Below, piece by piece: positions 1 to 10,400 of a stretch of 64,000 bases of DNA. The translations under genes were made by a program, and so were the position numbers. Source of the stretch: Macrostomum lignano (taxonomy: Eukaryota); assembly GCA_002269645.1 (NCBI GenBank), contig NIVC01001754.1:1-64000 (forward strand), given 5' to 3'. The notes under the pieces were generated by a model. It was not told the origin of the DNA and did not search any database. It saw only the letters and a list, made by a program, of their open reading frames with translations. Position 1 is the stretch's first letter. Every line of letters begins with the position of its first letter.

Positions 1-1463
1 CCACAATTTTACAAAGCTGCATCGGCTGTCTGACATCGACCAGACAGACCCCGGTGTCGGCGGTTGCCGCCATCACCAGGTGCTCGTCAGTTGGATGATA
101 GGCTACACAGGTGGCCATCAGGCAGTCGGTGAGAATAGGCATAGCCGGAGGTCGCTCAGCAGCTCTGTGTCGTACTGAATGACCCGGCCGTCGCTAAAAG
201 CGGCAGCAAGCACAGCCGGGTTGCAGGGATGCGAGGACAGTCCCAGCACGGACCGGGTTCGAACCATGCCCCTGATCAGCTGGCCAGTGCAGAGGTCGTG
301 CAGGAAAATTATCCATCATTTCCGGCTGAGATCAGCGAGCGAGATTGGCAGTCGAACTGCAGAGCGAATATGTTCGACATGTGTCGCTCCGACATGCGAG
401 TTGGCGACGACTGGCTGCTGCTGCTGCTGTCGGCCACCAGAATGTCGCGCTCGATGTTCCACAGAATGATTGAGGTGTCATCTCCGCCTGGGGGAAGTTG
501 GGGATGTAGGAATGAGGTGCAGGGTGGGGATGTAGGGATGAGGTGCAGGGTGGGGATGTAGGGATAGGGTGCAGGGTGGGGATGTAGGGATAGGGTGCAG
601 GGTGGGGATGTAGGGATAGGGTGCAGGGTGGGGATGTAGGGATGAGGTGCAGGGTGGGGATGTAGGGATGAGGTGCAGGGTGGGGATGTAGGGATAGGGT
701 GCAGGGTGGGGATGTAGGGATAGGGTGCAGGGTGGGGATGTAGGGATAGGTGCAGGGTGGGGATGTAGGGATAGGGTGCAGGGTGGGGATGTAGGGATAG
801 GGTGCAGGTGGGGATGTAGGGATAGGGTGCAGGGTGGGGATGTAGGGATGAGGTGCAGGTGGGGATGTAGGGATAGGGTGCAGGGTGGGGATGTAGGGAT
901 GAGGTGCAGGGTGGGGATGTAGGGATGAGGTGCAGGGTGGGGATGTAGGGATAGGGTGCAGGGTGGGGATGTAGGGATAGGGTGCAGGTGGGGATGTAGG
1001 GATAGGGTGCAGGGTGGGGATGTAGGGATAGGGTGCAGGGTGGGGATGTAGGATAGGGTGCAGGGTGGGGATGTAGGGATGAGGTGCAGGGTGGGGATGT
1101 AGGGATAGGGTGCAGGGTGGGGATGTAGGGATAGGCTTAGTCACTGTGTAGTAAGATGAAGGTTTAGTATTTGTGCGAGATCAAGATTAAATTCTAGACT
1201 AAGACAAGAGTTAAGAATTAAAGCTTGTACTGTAGGGTTGGGGTGAAGGGTCATTAAAAATATTATAAGCACTTACCACTAGCAAGAAATTCATTTTTGC
1301 TGTCAAACTCGATAGCATTGACTGAACCAGTGTGCTGACTAAGTGATTTGACATATAAATGGCTGCTGGATCGTAGCTTGTTTCTAAGAAATATTTTGCC
1401 GTATTGACTTGGCTCATATTTTCTTAGATCTTTATTGAATTGCAAGTCCTTTGGTGTCAACAT
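1..1463 (-). CDS. DCAF5: DCAF5/WDR22-like WD40 protein, 5' part (exon 1 1463-1277, exon 2 487 to <1); exon 2 carries two apparent 1-bp deletions
   Basis: Exon 1 reads ...LYVKSLSQHTGSVNAIEFDSKNEFLAS-G|gtaagt. After cag| at 487 it continues GGDDTSIILWNIE...HMSNIFALQFD...SAGNDG / IIFLHDLCT...SVLGLSSHP...FSDGRVIQYDT / RAAE...VAYHPTDEHLV...DTGVCLVDVRQP. This follows the DCAF5 WD repeats (VNAIEFS..SGGDD; SNIFCL..GGND; DGRV..D.R). Frame must shift at about 312 and about 166. Confidence 0.7.
505..1135 (+). repeat. 26-bp G-rich minisatellite (GGGATAGGGTGCAGGGTGGGGATGTA)n, about 24 copies, in DCAF5-like intron 1
   Basis: Tandem unit read directly, with four G-runs per unit. Confidence 0.95.
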
Positions 1464-1719
1464 GTTGCAAAATCAAAGCATGAATTATAAGATTATATGA
1501 TATCCTTCAGTTTTGATGCAATTATTTAACTAATAAAGCTATATATTCTATACTTGAGGTAGTGCACCTTTGCTATAACACCCGGGTGCGCTACATACCA
1601 GGGAACTGGTATGACAAAACGTTGTGTATTTAAGAATGTGTTACAGTTAGTCACTTAGAACTAAATTATCTTATAGTTCATTGTATTATTATACTTCACT
1701 ACCAGCTTCAATAACTGTT

Positions 1720-2150
1720 CAGACGACTTCTGAATGCAGAGCATATGCACTAGACAAAGTCTCAAGGCATTGCCTGCCACTTCTGCTGAACAAAGCATCG
1801 CAGAACCGCAACATTTTCATGGCGTCTAGCATAGGCCCTGGCTTTGAGGTGCAGCCATATGCCATGGTCCAGTGGTAAGAGGTCTGGTGAGTGTGGTGGC
1901 CACAAATCCTTTGGCCAGAAGTCTGGTGCCTCAGCTCTTAAGAACTCTTGGGTCGCGCACGCAGTGTGAGCCGGAGCTCCATCCTGATGCCAGATGGAGC
2001 CCATGGAAGGATGTGCCAATGCAAAATATCCACATACTTAGCAGCATTGAATCGTTTACCTTGATCGAGGAAGATTGGTGGAGCAACTTGACCGTCGATG
2101 GCAACCACACTAAGAAGTTGCAGCCCATTGCATTGCTGTACTTTGTTTTC
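1720..2150 (-). mobile_element. Degenerate Tc1/mariner (IS630-Tc1-mariner DDE/D) transposase fragment
   Basis: Minus strand reads VAIDGQVAPPIFLDQGKRFNAAKYVDILHWHILPW, then in another frame HQDGAPAHTACATQEFL...WPKDLWPPHSPDLLPLDHGIWLHLK. These are the QDGAPAH and WPPxSPDLNP.D..W motifs of the Tc1/mariner catalytic domain. Stops and frameshifts are present. Confidence 0.85.
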
Positions 2151-3060
2151 TCAACAGCTTTGATACTCTAGCCAGCTTTAACCACTTTGTAGCATAAACA
2201 GTTTTTTTTTAGACTCCAAGAGATTTTGAAATTTGAGTTGGTGTTTCCACAGTTGATAAGTTCAACTATAGCAATACATTTGTGTTCCATTGTTAAATTG
2301 CAAGTGAATAGGAAGTTGTTTATGAACTATAAGCAGAAAAAATCTGGCAAAATTTAGATTATTTTGAATTTTTTATTAGCTTTTAGTTTTTCTGTTTTAG
2401 TATGTTAATTACATAGATTTTAAATATTTTTCCCTGGTAACTGATGCACTCAGTAGTAATACGGTACTTGTTTTATATTCTTTTTATAGTGCCACATTTA
2501 TAGCCTGCTATTTTGTAGAAAATACTGTATTTGAATTATTGCTAAAATTATAAATATCTTGAAAAATCAAGATAAATATCTTGAAATAACATGGTATATC
2601 TATTGTTCTTTGGAAAGTTAATCAAATTCACTACTTGCAGTTTTCAAAGATTGTTCATTTCCTTAGAAACCCATTGGGAGAACTAAGAACAGTTAAAAAA
2701 ACAAGATATATCTTAGTATTCTGAAGTAATTTGCCTTAGAGCAGTATAAATTGCCTTAACACAATATGAGCAGTATGATCCCAGGAATGCCTAGTCTAAG
2801 ATAAATCCCTTTAAAGGAATATATTAGAGCTATAGCAATAGGGTAAACAGTGACAATGACTGCTCTGACCAGGAAATAGTACATATGCTACCAGTAGATA
2901 AGTATACATTACCAGTACTACATTAATGCACTACTAATAGGCCTACCTAATATCTGTATATATATGAAACACCAATAAAAATACATAAGTAGTAAGAATG
3001 TTACTTAGTAACCATTGTAATAGCATGGTGCAGCAGTAAAATTAAATCATAATAGAAGAG

Positions 3061-3110
3061 AAACGGAGCAACATGGAAACGGAGCAACATGGAAACGGAG
3101 CAACATTGTA
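3061..3110 (+). repeat. 16-bp tandem repeat (AAACGGAGCAACATGG) x3
   Basis: Read directly. Confidence 0.8.
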
Positions 3111-3682
3111 ACAGGTAACATTTGAAGACGTATGTTCTTAGAAAACTAGACAATTGAATAGACACTTAGTTAAAACAAAAGTAGGCATAGCACGATGATT
3201 TTAAAAGCGATAAAATTGTTTTTTCGGTTACTAATATAGGTTTTTTAATGCCATAAAAATTTTTATTTTTTATTTTTATTTTGTTGTTTATTTGTTTTTG
3301 TTTAGTGCAGCTGGTTTTTTAGTTAATTTTATGCAAGGTTAATTTCAGTGATGTGTACAGTGTATGTACAGTTACCGTTGCTACCGTTGAATTAACCTTG
3401 TTTTGTTTCCTATTTTCTATATTCGAGGGTATAATCCTACGTGTAACTCGCTCGACTCTTACTTATATTTCGATGACACCTTAACGCATTTTTTCGCTTG
3501 GCAAGTTGTGTCGTCCGACCGGACGTAGCTTGGTTGGGTGTTAAACCAGTGGGGTGTGGCTCTTGGGCGTTGGTGCGGGGGTGGTGGGCCGGGCCTTGGT
3601 CACGTGCCCGCGGCTTGAGTGGCATTTATTTAATGCGATGCGGGCTGTCGCTGACCCGCCAAGCGCGTATTGATTTTTTGCA

Positions 3683-4815
3683 ATGGCTGACCGTGACAAA
3701 CTTATGCACCTGAGCAAGGTGGCTCTGCAAGCCTTGTGTGCCCACGCTAACATAAGCAGTCGGGGCAAAAAGGCCGACCTAGTCAGCGCTTTGCTCGCAG
3801 CCCCAGACCAGTCGTGGACAGATTCGCTATTGCAGAACATGGAGCAATATGAGCAAGAAGCCGATGCAGACAACATCAGTACGGAGGCGGCTCGGGAGTC
3901 GGCGGCGGGCCTGGACGAGAACATCGCGAAGGCAGAAAAGGAGATCATGCAGACTGTTGCAACTACGCAAGGAAGCCGCTCAACTCAAGAGGAAGATCGG
4001 AGATCTGCAGCGCAAGTGTCCATGATCCACGCGTCCTATGAATCGCGGTGAGTGTGCCAAGCCTGCTGGCCCCAGTTACTTTCCTGATGGGTGCGATGAT
4101 GCTGGATTAGACCAGGAAGATAATGGCAATGAGCTGCTCGATAGATTTTTGTCATGGAACAGAGCCAATGAACGGATGGAGTGTTCTGGTACGAGCCGTA
4201 GACGTAAGGCTCTCCTGATTCGTGATTTCCTCGACGGCTTTGAGCAGGAAGAGGTGCTGGCTAATGGTTCTGGTGGCCGAATCACTTACAAGAGCAGAAA
4301 ACCTAATCCAGATAGCATCACAGCAGCGCAGTATTTGGTAGGCAATTGCAGGCTGATGATGCAGATGATCAAGGATGGTGCCCTGGTGACTAGTAGAAAT
4401 GGAACCGTCGACACGACTGATTTGATGAATTACCTACGCTACTCAATACAGAGTGGCGAGCTGTTTAATGCGGGCTTCGGCCTTGCGCAGGTGAACCGTT
4501 TTGACGAGGACTACCGCACTAGGCAAGCTGAAACTGGCATGCGATGGGGCAAGGAGTCTTTCCAACTCGTTGCTAAGCACTTAATCAGAACTGGAACTCC
4601 AGCAAACCATGGAAGTCAGCAAGTCATTGCCCCAGCCACGGCAGCAGCGTTTTCAAAAACCAATAGACCCCAAGAGCCTCAGAACGCCAGACGGGGAAGA
4701 GATCTGCTTGCACTTTAATCGCCGGGGGTGCTTCCGGTCGAGCTGCAAATTCCGGCACGTCTGCCGCATCTGTTTTGAGGCCCACCCTGAGGCCAACCAT
4801 TCAACAAAAAACTGA
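3683..4815 (+). mobile_element. DIRS/Ngaro-type retrotransposon ORF1 (gag-like), frameshifted into three pieces; N-terminal SAP/HeH-like motif, C-terminal CCCH plus CCHx zinc-finger cluster
   Basis: ORFs 3683-4051, 4038-4718 and 4609-4815 overlap in successive frames. The last ends EEICLHFNRRGCFRSSCKFRHVCRICFEAHPEANH, the C-x7-C-x4-C-x3-H plus C-x2-C-x3-H pattern seen in ORF1 of tyrosine-recombinase retroelements. It lies directly upstream of a DIRS-like RT. Confidence 0.7.
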
Positions 4816-4823
4816 ACTCTGCG

Positions 4824-5770
4824 ATGCTCTGTTTTAATCCTAAATGTTTGCCTAATGCTCAGCCTGTTTTAAATTTTAACAATCCTGTCGTTGGCAGTGC
4901 AGGGGTCACCTGCGTCTTTGATCGTGGGATTCTGAACTTGAGAAATGACCCTGATCGGGATTTTATCCTAGACGGCATCGCAAATGGTTTTCGCATTACT
5001 GATGGAAAATGGCTTTATGAGACTTTTAATGCCAATTACATGTCTACTTCTGCTTTTCATCGCGCTGTTGAGCTGCAAATTAAGGAAGAGATTGAGAATG
5101 GCAGGTACTTGGTTGTGCATAAGAAGCCTACGATGATCAGCCCTCTGGGAGCTATTCCCAAGGATAACGGGAAGATTAGACTTATTCATGACTGCAGCAC
5201 GCCTCCGGGCTACTAGGTAAATGACAATTATACGAAGAAGCTGAGCCCCAGGTTTGAGTCCGTCAAGAAGGTTGCAGCCTCTATTGGCAAGGGCTGGTTC
5301 ATGGCGAAGCTTGATTTGTCGCAAGCTTACAGAAGTGTGGCGATCCATCCGGATGATTACCAGGCGACCGGCATTGGTTGGTGCTTTAAAGGCAACCGTG
5401 ATCTGACATGGCTTGTCGACACCCGGCTACCCTTTGGTAGCTGCGCCTCGGTCGAGATCTTCTACCGGCTTACTCAAGCGGTCAAGAGGATGATGGTGCG
5501 ACGCGGCGTGGCTACTATTTCGGTTTACCTGGATGATTTTCTGGTTGCGGCCGAGAGCGAGGAAGAGTGCATGGGTGCTCTAAAAGAGCTGATGAAGCTG
5601 GTTCGCCAGTTAGGTTTTGGTGTCAATTGGAACAAAGTGGTTGAACCTACGCAATGCTTGGTGTATCTCGGTGTGCAGATTGATACTGTCCGTGGAGTTC
5701 TTAGTGTGCCGGCGGAAGTGTGAGGAAATGCGCACCACACTGCTTAATTTTTTGCAGCGCAGGCGTCTCT
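4824..5770 (+). mobile_element. DIRS/Ngaro-type reverse transcriptase, inactivated (in-frame TAG at 5214-5216) and 3'-truncated before RNase H and tyrosine recombinase
   Basis: LRNDPDRDFILDGIANGFRI, ISPLGAIPKDNGKIRLIHDCS, AKLDLSQAYRSV, DTRLPFG, YLDDFL and YLGVQIDT are RT motifs of the DIRS/Ngaro type. PPGY*VND corresponds to the usual P.G.SVND. Similarity stops near 5770. Confidence 0.85.
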
Positions 5771-6329
5771 AGAACTAGCGCAGGCGAAACTAGAACAGTA
5801 AAAGTTCTAGTTTGATTTTACGAGCACTGCGTACTTTTAGTAAATCGCGTATACTTAATATTAAGACAATGACATCGAGTCGTCGGCATGCTTTTTTACT
5901 TCGTGTTACACTGTATGCTGTTATATAGAAGTTACCATCATCATCGGATAAATGTGCACAAGATAAAAAATTAAAAACCGGTATTCATTTACAATAGTGA
6001 TGAACTTAACATCAGCTACAAATTTTGCTACATGTAATTATGGATATGTGTAATTGTAAATTCACTTAAGTCTTAGTGTTTTTACCCAAAGCTTCGCACA
6101 CCTTATCGAGGCTCACCCATATGACTTGGCGTTGGAAATTGATCACAATAAAACAAAAAATATTTCTTTTAAATACGAAAGAAGTGTAATATTTTAGCGG
6201 CCATGAAATTGTGTGGAACAACAAGAATCGAGGCAAAACGATCAAAGCTATACAATATACATAGACGCGTTGATTTATGATCAGGAATATCCGCATTTTG
6301 AGAAAACGTAAAGAAATTTTAAGATGTTA

Positions 6330-6590
6330 CATTATTTTCAGAATCAGAGTGTTGTCAGCGATCATTTTAGATCCACAGGCACTCATTCTAGCGCCGCAGG
6401 CACCATTTTGGTCCGCAGGCGCTATGTTTTGTCGCCCTGAAGCAAATTTTTTGTTTTCCATAAGAGGTCAACAACAAAGAGGTCAACAAAGGTGGGGTGG
6501 GGGGACAAAGCATTGGCATGTCCCCCCATAACTTTTACTGGGGGGGGGGGACATGTCCCCTCTGTCCCCCCGGTGGCGACGCCCCTGGTA
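6330..6590 (-). repeat. Short non-autonomous interspersed element with a CCAGGGGCGTCGCCACCGGGGGG head and degenerate 21-mer units
   Basis: Reverse complement of 6340-6420 matches the 21-bp unit and 3' flank of the array at 49300-49660 (AAAATGAGTGCCTGCGGCGCC; GACAACAC..GATTCT.AAAATA). Confidence 0.45.
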
Positions 6591-7476
6591 GCTAATTAAT
6601 GGAGGATTAAGGGCGTATTAAACAATCGTGTATGAGCGTTGCAACGTTGCTATATACATGTCGCACGTACGCTCGTAATTTCCTGAGAGCTAGCTACATT
6701 ACATCATGAGGTTTGCCCTATGTTCCGTGACAAAAAGCTGGTTCATATAAAGTTTATTAATCCATTGTAAATGAAATACAATTGATTAAAGAAGGCTGAA
6801 TACGAATACAGAATTTAATTTTTTGCAAAATTATTATCTGTTACGGGCGCGTAAGTAAAGTCATTTCGTACTTTACGAGTATGAGGCATACACTGAAAAT
6901 ATTTAAACTCGATCAGCTCAACCCAACCTAAGACGCCAGCATAAACCAAGCACTTCAAAACGTCAGAGACAAAGAAGATTCACCTAAAAGACAAAAACGG
7001 CACAGAGAACAAAAACGATTTACAAACTAATCATCTTGAGATTGACATAACAGGAACAGGAAACAATAAAAAACATTCCCGCTGGAAAACATCTAGCACC
7101 CTGTCGTCACCATTGCCATCTCGACCAATCAATTTTTTCACTGTTGGTCGAAAAAAAGAAATTCTTTTTTAGACAAAATTCAAGTGTTACGATTACTTTG
7201 CATTTACAGGTATTCTCCGCCAATAAAAGCGATTCAATGTTTATATAGATTGATGTTGCACGATCCAGTCTTAATCGACAACAAGGCTGTCGCTCTCTTC
7301 CTGTCGTAGCGAAACGTCACCGTGTCGACGCTGCCAAATATTTTCCAGCGGGACATGGGATGTCAATGGTAGGCATTTAAAAATTGATTTCCACAACACA
7401 ACAATGCAAAATATTATATTAACTTGCTTAAAATCTCACAATAAACGTTGTATCTTTTGTCAAAATGTCTTTAAGT

Positions 7477-10400
7477 TCACCACTTCCCAGTTCTTGTCAA
7501 GAATCTCTTGTCCCCCGTCTTATTTGGGAAGTCAGCGGCAGATTTCGGAATGCAGCCTCGCTCCTTGAGATCGTGCAACAGGTAAGACCAATTTGGATCG
7601 CGACGCAACAGCTTGCGGTTACCTGAGCAGCGGCGTCAAAGGTTTGCTCAGGGCATGAAAATATTGAAAGATTATGAGCACACACGAACGGTCACGTGTC
7701 ATGTATAAACATTGGCTAAGATCCTCACCAACAATGACGAGGCCTCGCTGAGCTCTCGTCAGCGCTACGTTGGTCTGGTTCTCGTCAGTGATGAAGCCCA
7801 GGAACTTCCTCTCCCAGCCGGGCAGCGGGTTCGCCTCGATGTCATAGTCCGGCATAGAGCGGACCAGACTCAGCAGCACGTACGCGAACTCGCTGCCCTG
7901 ACAGGCGATCACCGTGTTCACCGTTGGCATCGCCAGGTTTTCCTCCTTCAAGCGCCGCGTGATCTCGGACACCTGGTACTTGTACTGGGACATCACCGCG
8001 ATGCACCTGCGAGGATCCTTCTTGTCGTCTCCACTGAGCCGATTGTGAATCTCCTTGTAGACTCGAACCTACACACCAAACACAGAAATTCTACTGGTAA
8101 GTATAAATATTCAAGAGTTCGATCACTAGAGTTCTTCGGTCTGTCATCAACGAAACTCACCACAGTGTCGATCTCCAGCTCGTTCTTGTATGAGTCTTCG
8201 CGACCGTCCTCGGTGGCCACGAGTGTTCTCTCCTCGTGGCCCTGGATGTGCAGGAAGACGATTCTCTCCTCCTCTCCCATGGGGTGAAAATCCTTAGCTG
8301 GAACATCAGGCAATGTGTCAAAATGCTTATTGCGTCTTACACCAGGCCAACATCCGTGAAGGACGTTCGCGTTGCGCTGAGTCAAGAGACCGTGCCTTCT
8401 GACTCCGTTGGCACCGCGACTGTCGAACAAGTCATGCTTAGCCAGTCGATGCCAGTTCAGCCCAGTCCAACTAGCGTTGCCTTGAGTTCGGGTCTCGGCA
8501 TCCAAGACACCCGTCCAGGACTTGGACGGCTGGGTGCGCAGACCTCCGGAGTCTTTCACGGTGTAGAAACGCTTCGACGGAAAGTCCGCTAAGCTCGGAT
8601 GCTGAAAATACATGCATTGGACATGAAGGCAATAAAGGTATTAGCTACACTACTTCACGCAGAGTTTATGTAATGTGACTGCTTTTTACATGCGACTCAC
8701 CATTCTGTACTGCTGATTGAGCATGACCGAGTCGAGGCAGTGCATCTCGAGAAACGTCCTGCTCAGACCCAACTCTGCCGCCGTCTTGTTCTGAATGATT
8801 GGAGCGAGCTGCTTGTGGTCGCCGATCAGCACGACTCTCTCCGCATACTGGGATGCTGGCTTTCTACTGAAAGCTTGATTGCTGGCTCCCAAGCTAGATG
8901 GAACGGATATTTCAGTAGATAATCTACCAACAATAGGAACAAGAAGCTCAGGCTGAGTGCACATTCCAGCTTCGTCGATGATGATCTGAACGAATCGACA
9001 AGCGCGCTGCAGCACAGAAGAGCAGCTGACGGAAGTCGTGCAAAGTACGACGTCGAAGTTTTGCAGCACCCGCTCTTTCGATTTTTGCACTTTGTCTTTG
9101 TACAGCTTCACGCATCCCTGGACGAGTGCGTCTTCTCCCGCCTCCTCCTCGGCGAGCTCCAACGCGCCTCGACGTCTCGATCGCAGTCGATTGTTTCGAA
9201 TGAACCTATCGAACCGAGGGTTTCTTCCGGCTGCGGTTTTGATTGCTGCTTCCATGGTAACCGGAGCCTCAGTCTTGCTACCAATAAACAGTTTGAACGC
9301 GTCATCGAACCCGCCAATGATGTAGGCGTCGTCGCTGTTCTCGCTGCGAATGAGCTCGTGCAGTGCGAAGCGCTTCATTGCAGGCGACACTTCATCGGCC
9401 GTCGAAATCTCTCCGGGCACGGGGTAGTGCATTCGCTCTACCTGCTCGCTGTAAACTCGAACCATTGAGGGACACTTGTCGGCCAGCAAGTCCCGAGACG
9501 CCTCGATGATGACGTCGACCGATCGATTCGACGGTCCGCAGCACAGGATCTGGCGTCGACTTTGACATTTGCGGATCGGTTGCGGATTCCATCTGCGGCT
9601 ATCCGATAAAGTCTTAGCTGAAGTCGAGCATGACAATCGACGCCTACTTTTCCGGCGATAAACTACTTCTTCGAAGCCATCTCTGTTAGCTCTGGTTAAT
9701 TCAGCATCAACGGCATCTTTCCTATCTTCAAACTCAGGTAGAAGACCTTCCGTTTCTTCAAATACGTCCTGAACATCTTGTTCCTCATCTTCCTCATCAT
9801 CGCTGTACTGTGTGTCTTCGAATTCGTTATATTCTTCGTCGTCATCGTTCGGGAGAATAATATCTGGGGCAGGCATAGCATCCTTCCGGTTACGATTGAT
9901 GAAAACGAACCAGAAGATGAGCATTACACCTGTTGTTGTTTTCCCAGTGCCTAAAAGTGTTTAAAGGTAAACCATCAGTGAGAGAACAGCTTCTGTTTTC
10001 CGGACACAAACAAATGTTTGCCGGAAAATCTGTCTCTCAAAGTGTCTACCCTTGATGTACATTAGCTTGTTGTGATTAGCTAGGCATTTAATTGTTTTAT
10101 TTACAAGTGGCTTTTACTTGATGAACGTTTGAAATGCGTACTGCAACTGCAAGTATGCGATGCAATTTCACGCTAGCTGGATATGAAATTTAGTTGCACT
10201 TAAATTTACAAAAGTGATACATCTACTGAGTACTTTTTAATTTGTGCAACCAGCGAGAATCTTGAGTATAATAGCAAACGCACCTCACAAAATAATTTTC
10301 AGAATTGTTTCTATGCTCACCAGGAGGTCCCCAGATAAGAGAAATACGCTTTTTGATTGCGGTTTCCAGAGCTTGTCTTTGGCAATCATTGCAGGGAACC

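Noticed and set aside
5587-5615. Hammerhead-ribozyme-like CTGATGA plus hairpin (also 49864 and 60753 on the minus strand)
   Set aside because: No GAAA core after stem II and no closing stems; the 5587 hit is RT coding sequence.
7211-7372. Exon-like segment bounded by ttacag| and |gtaggc on the plus strand
   Set aside because: All three frames contain stops; at most non-coding or part of the copy A 3' region.
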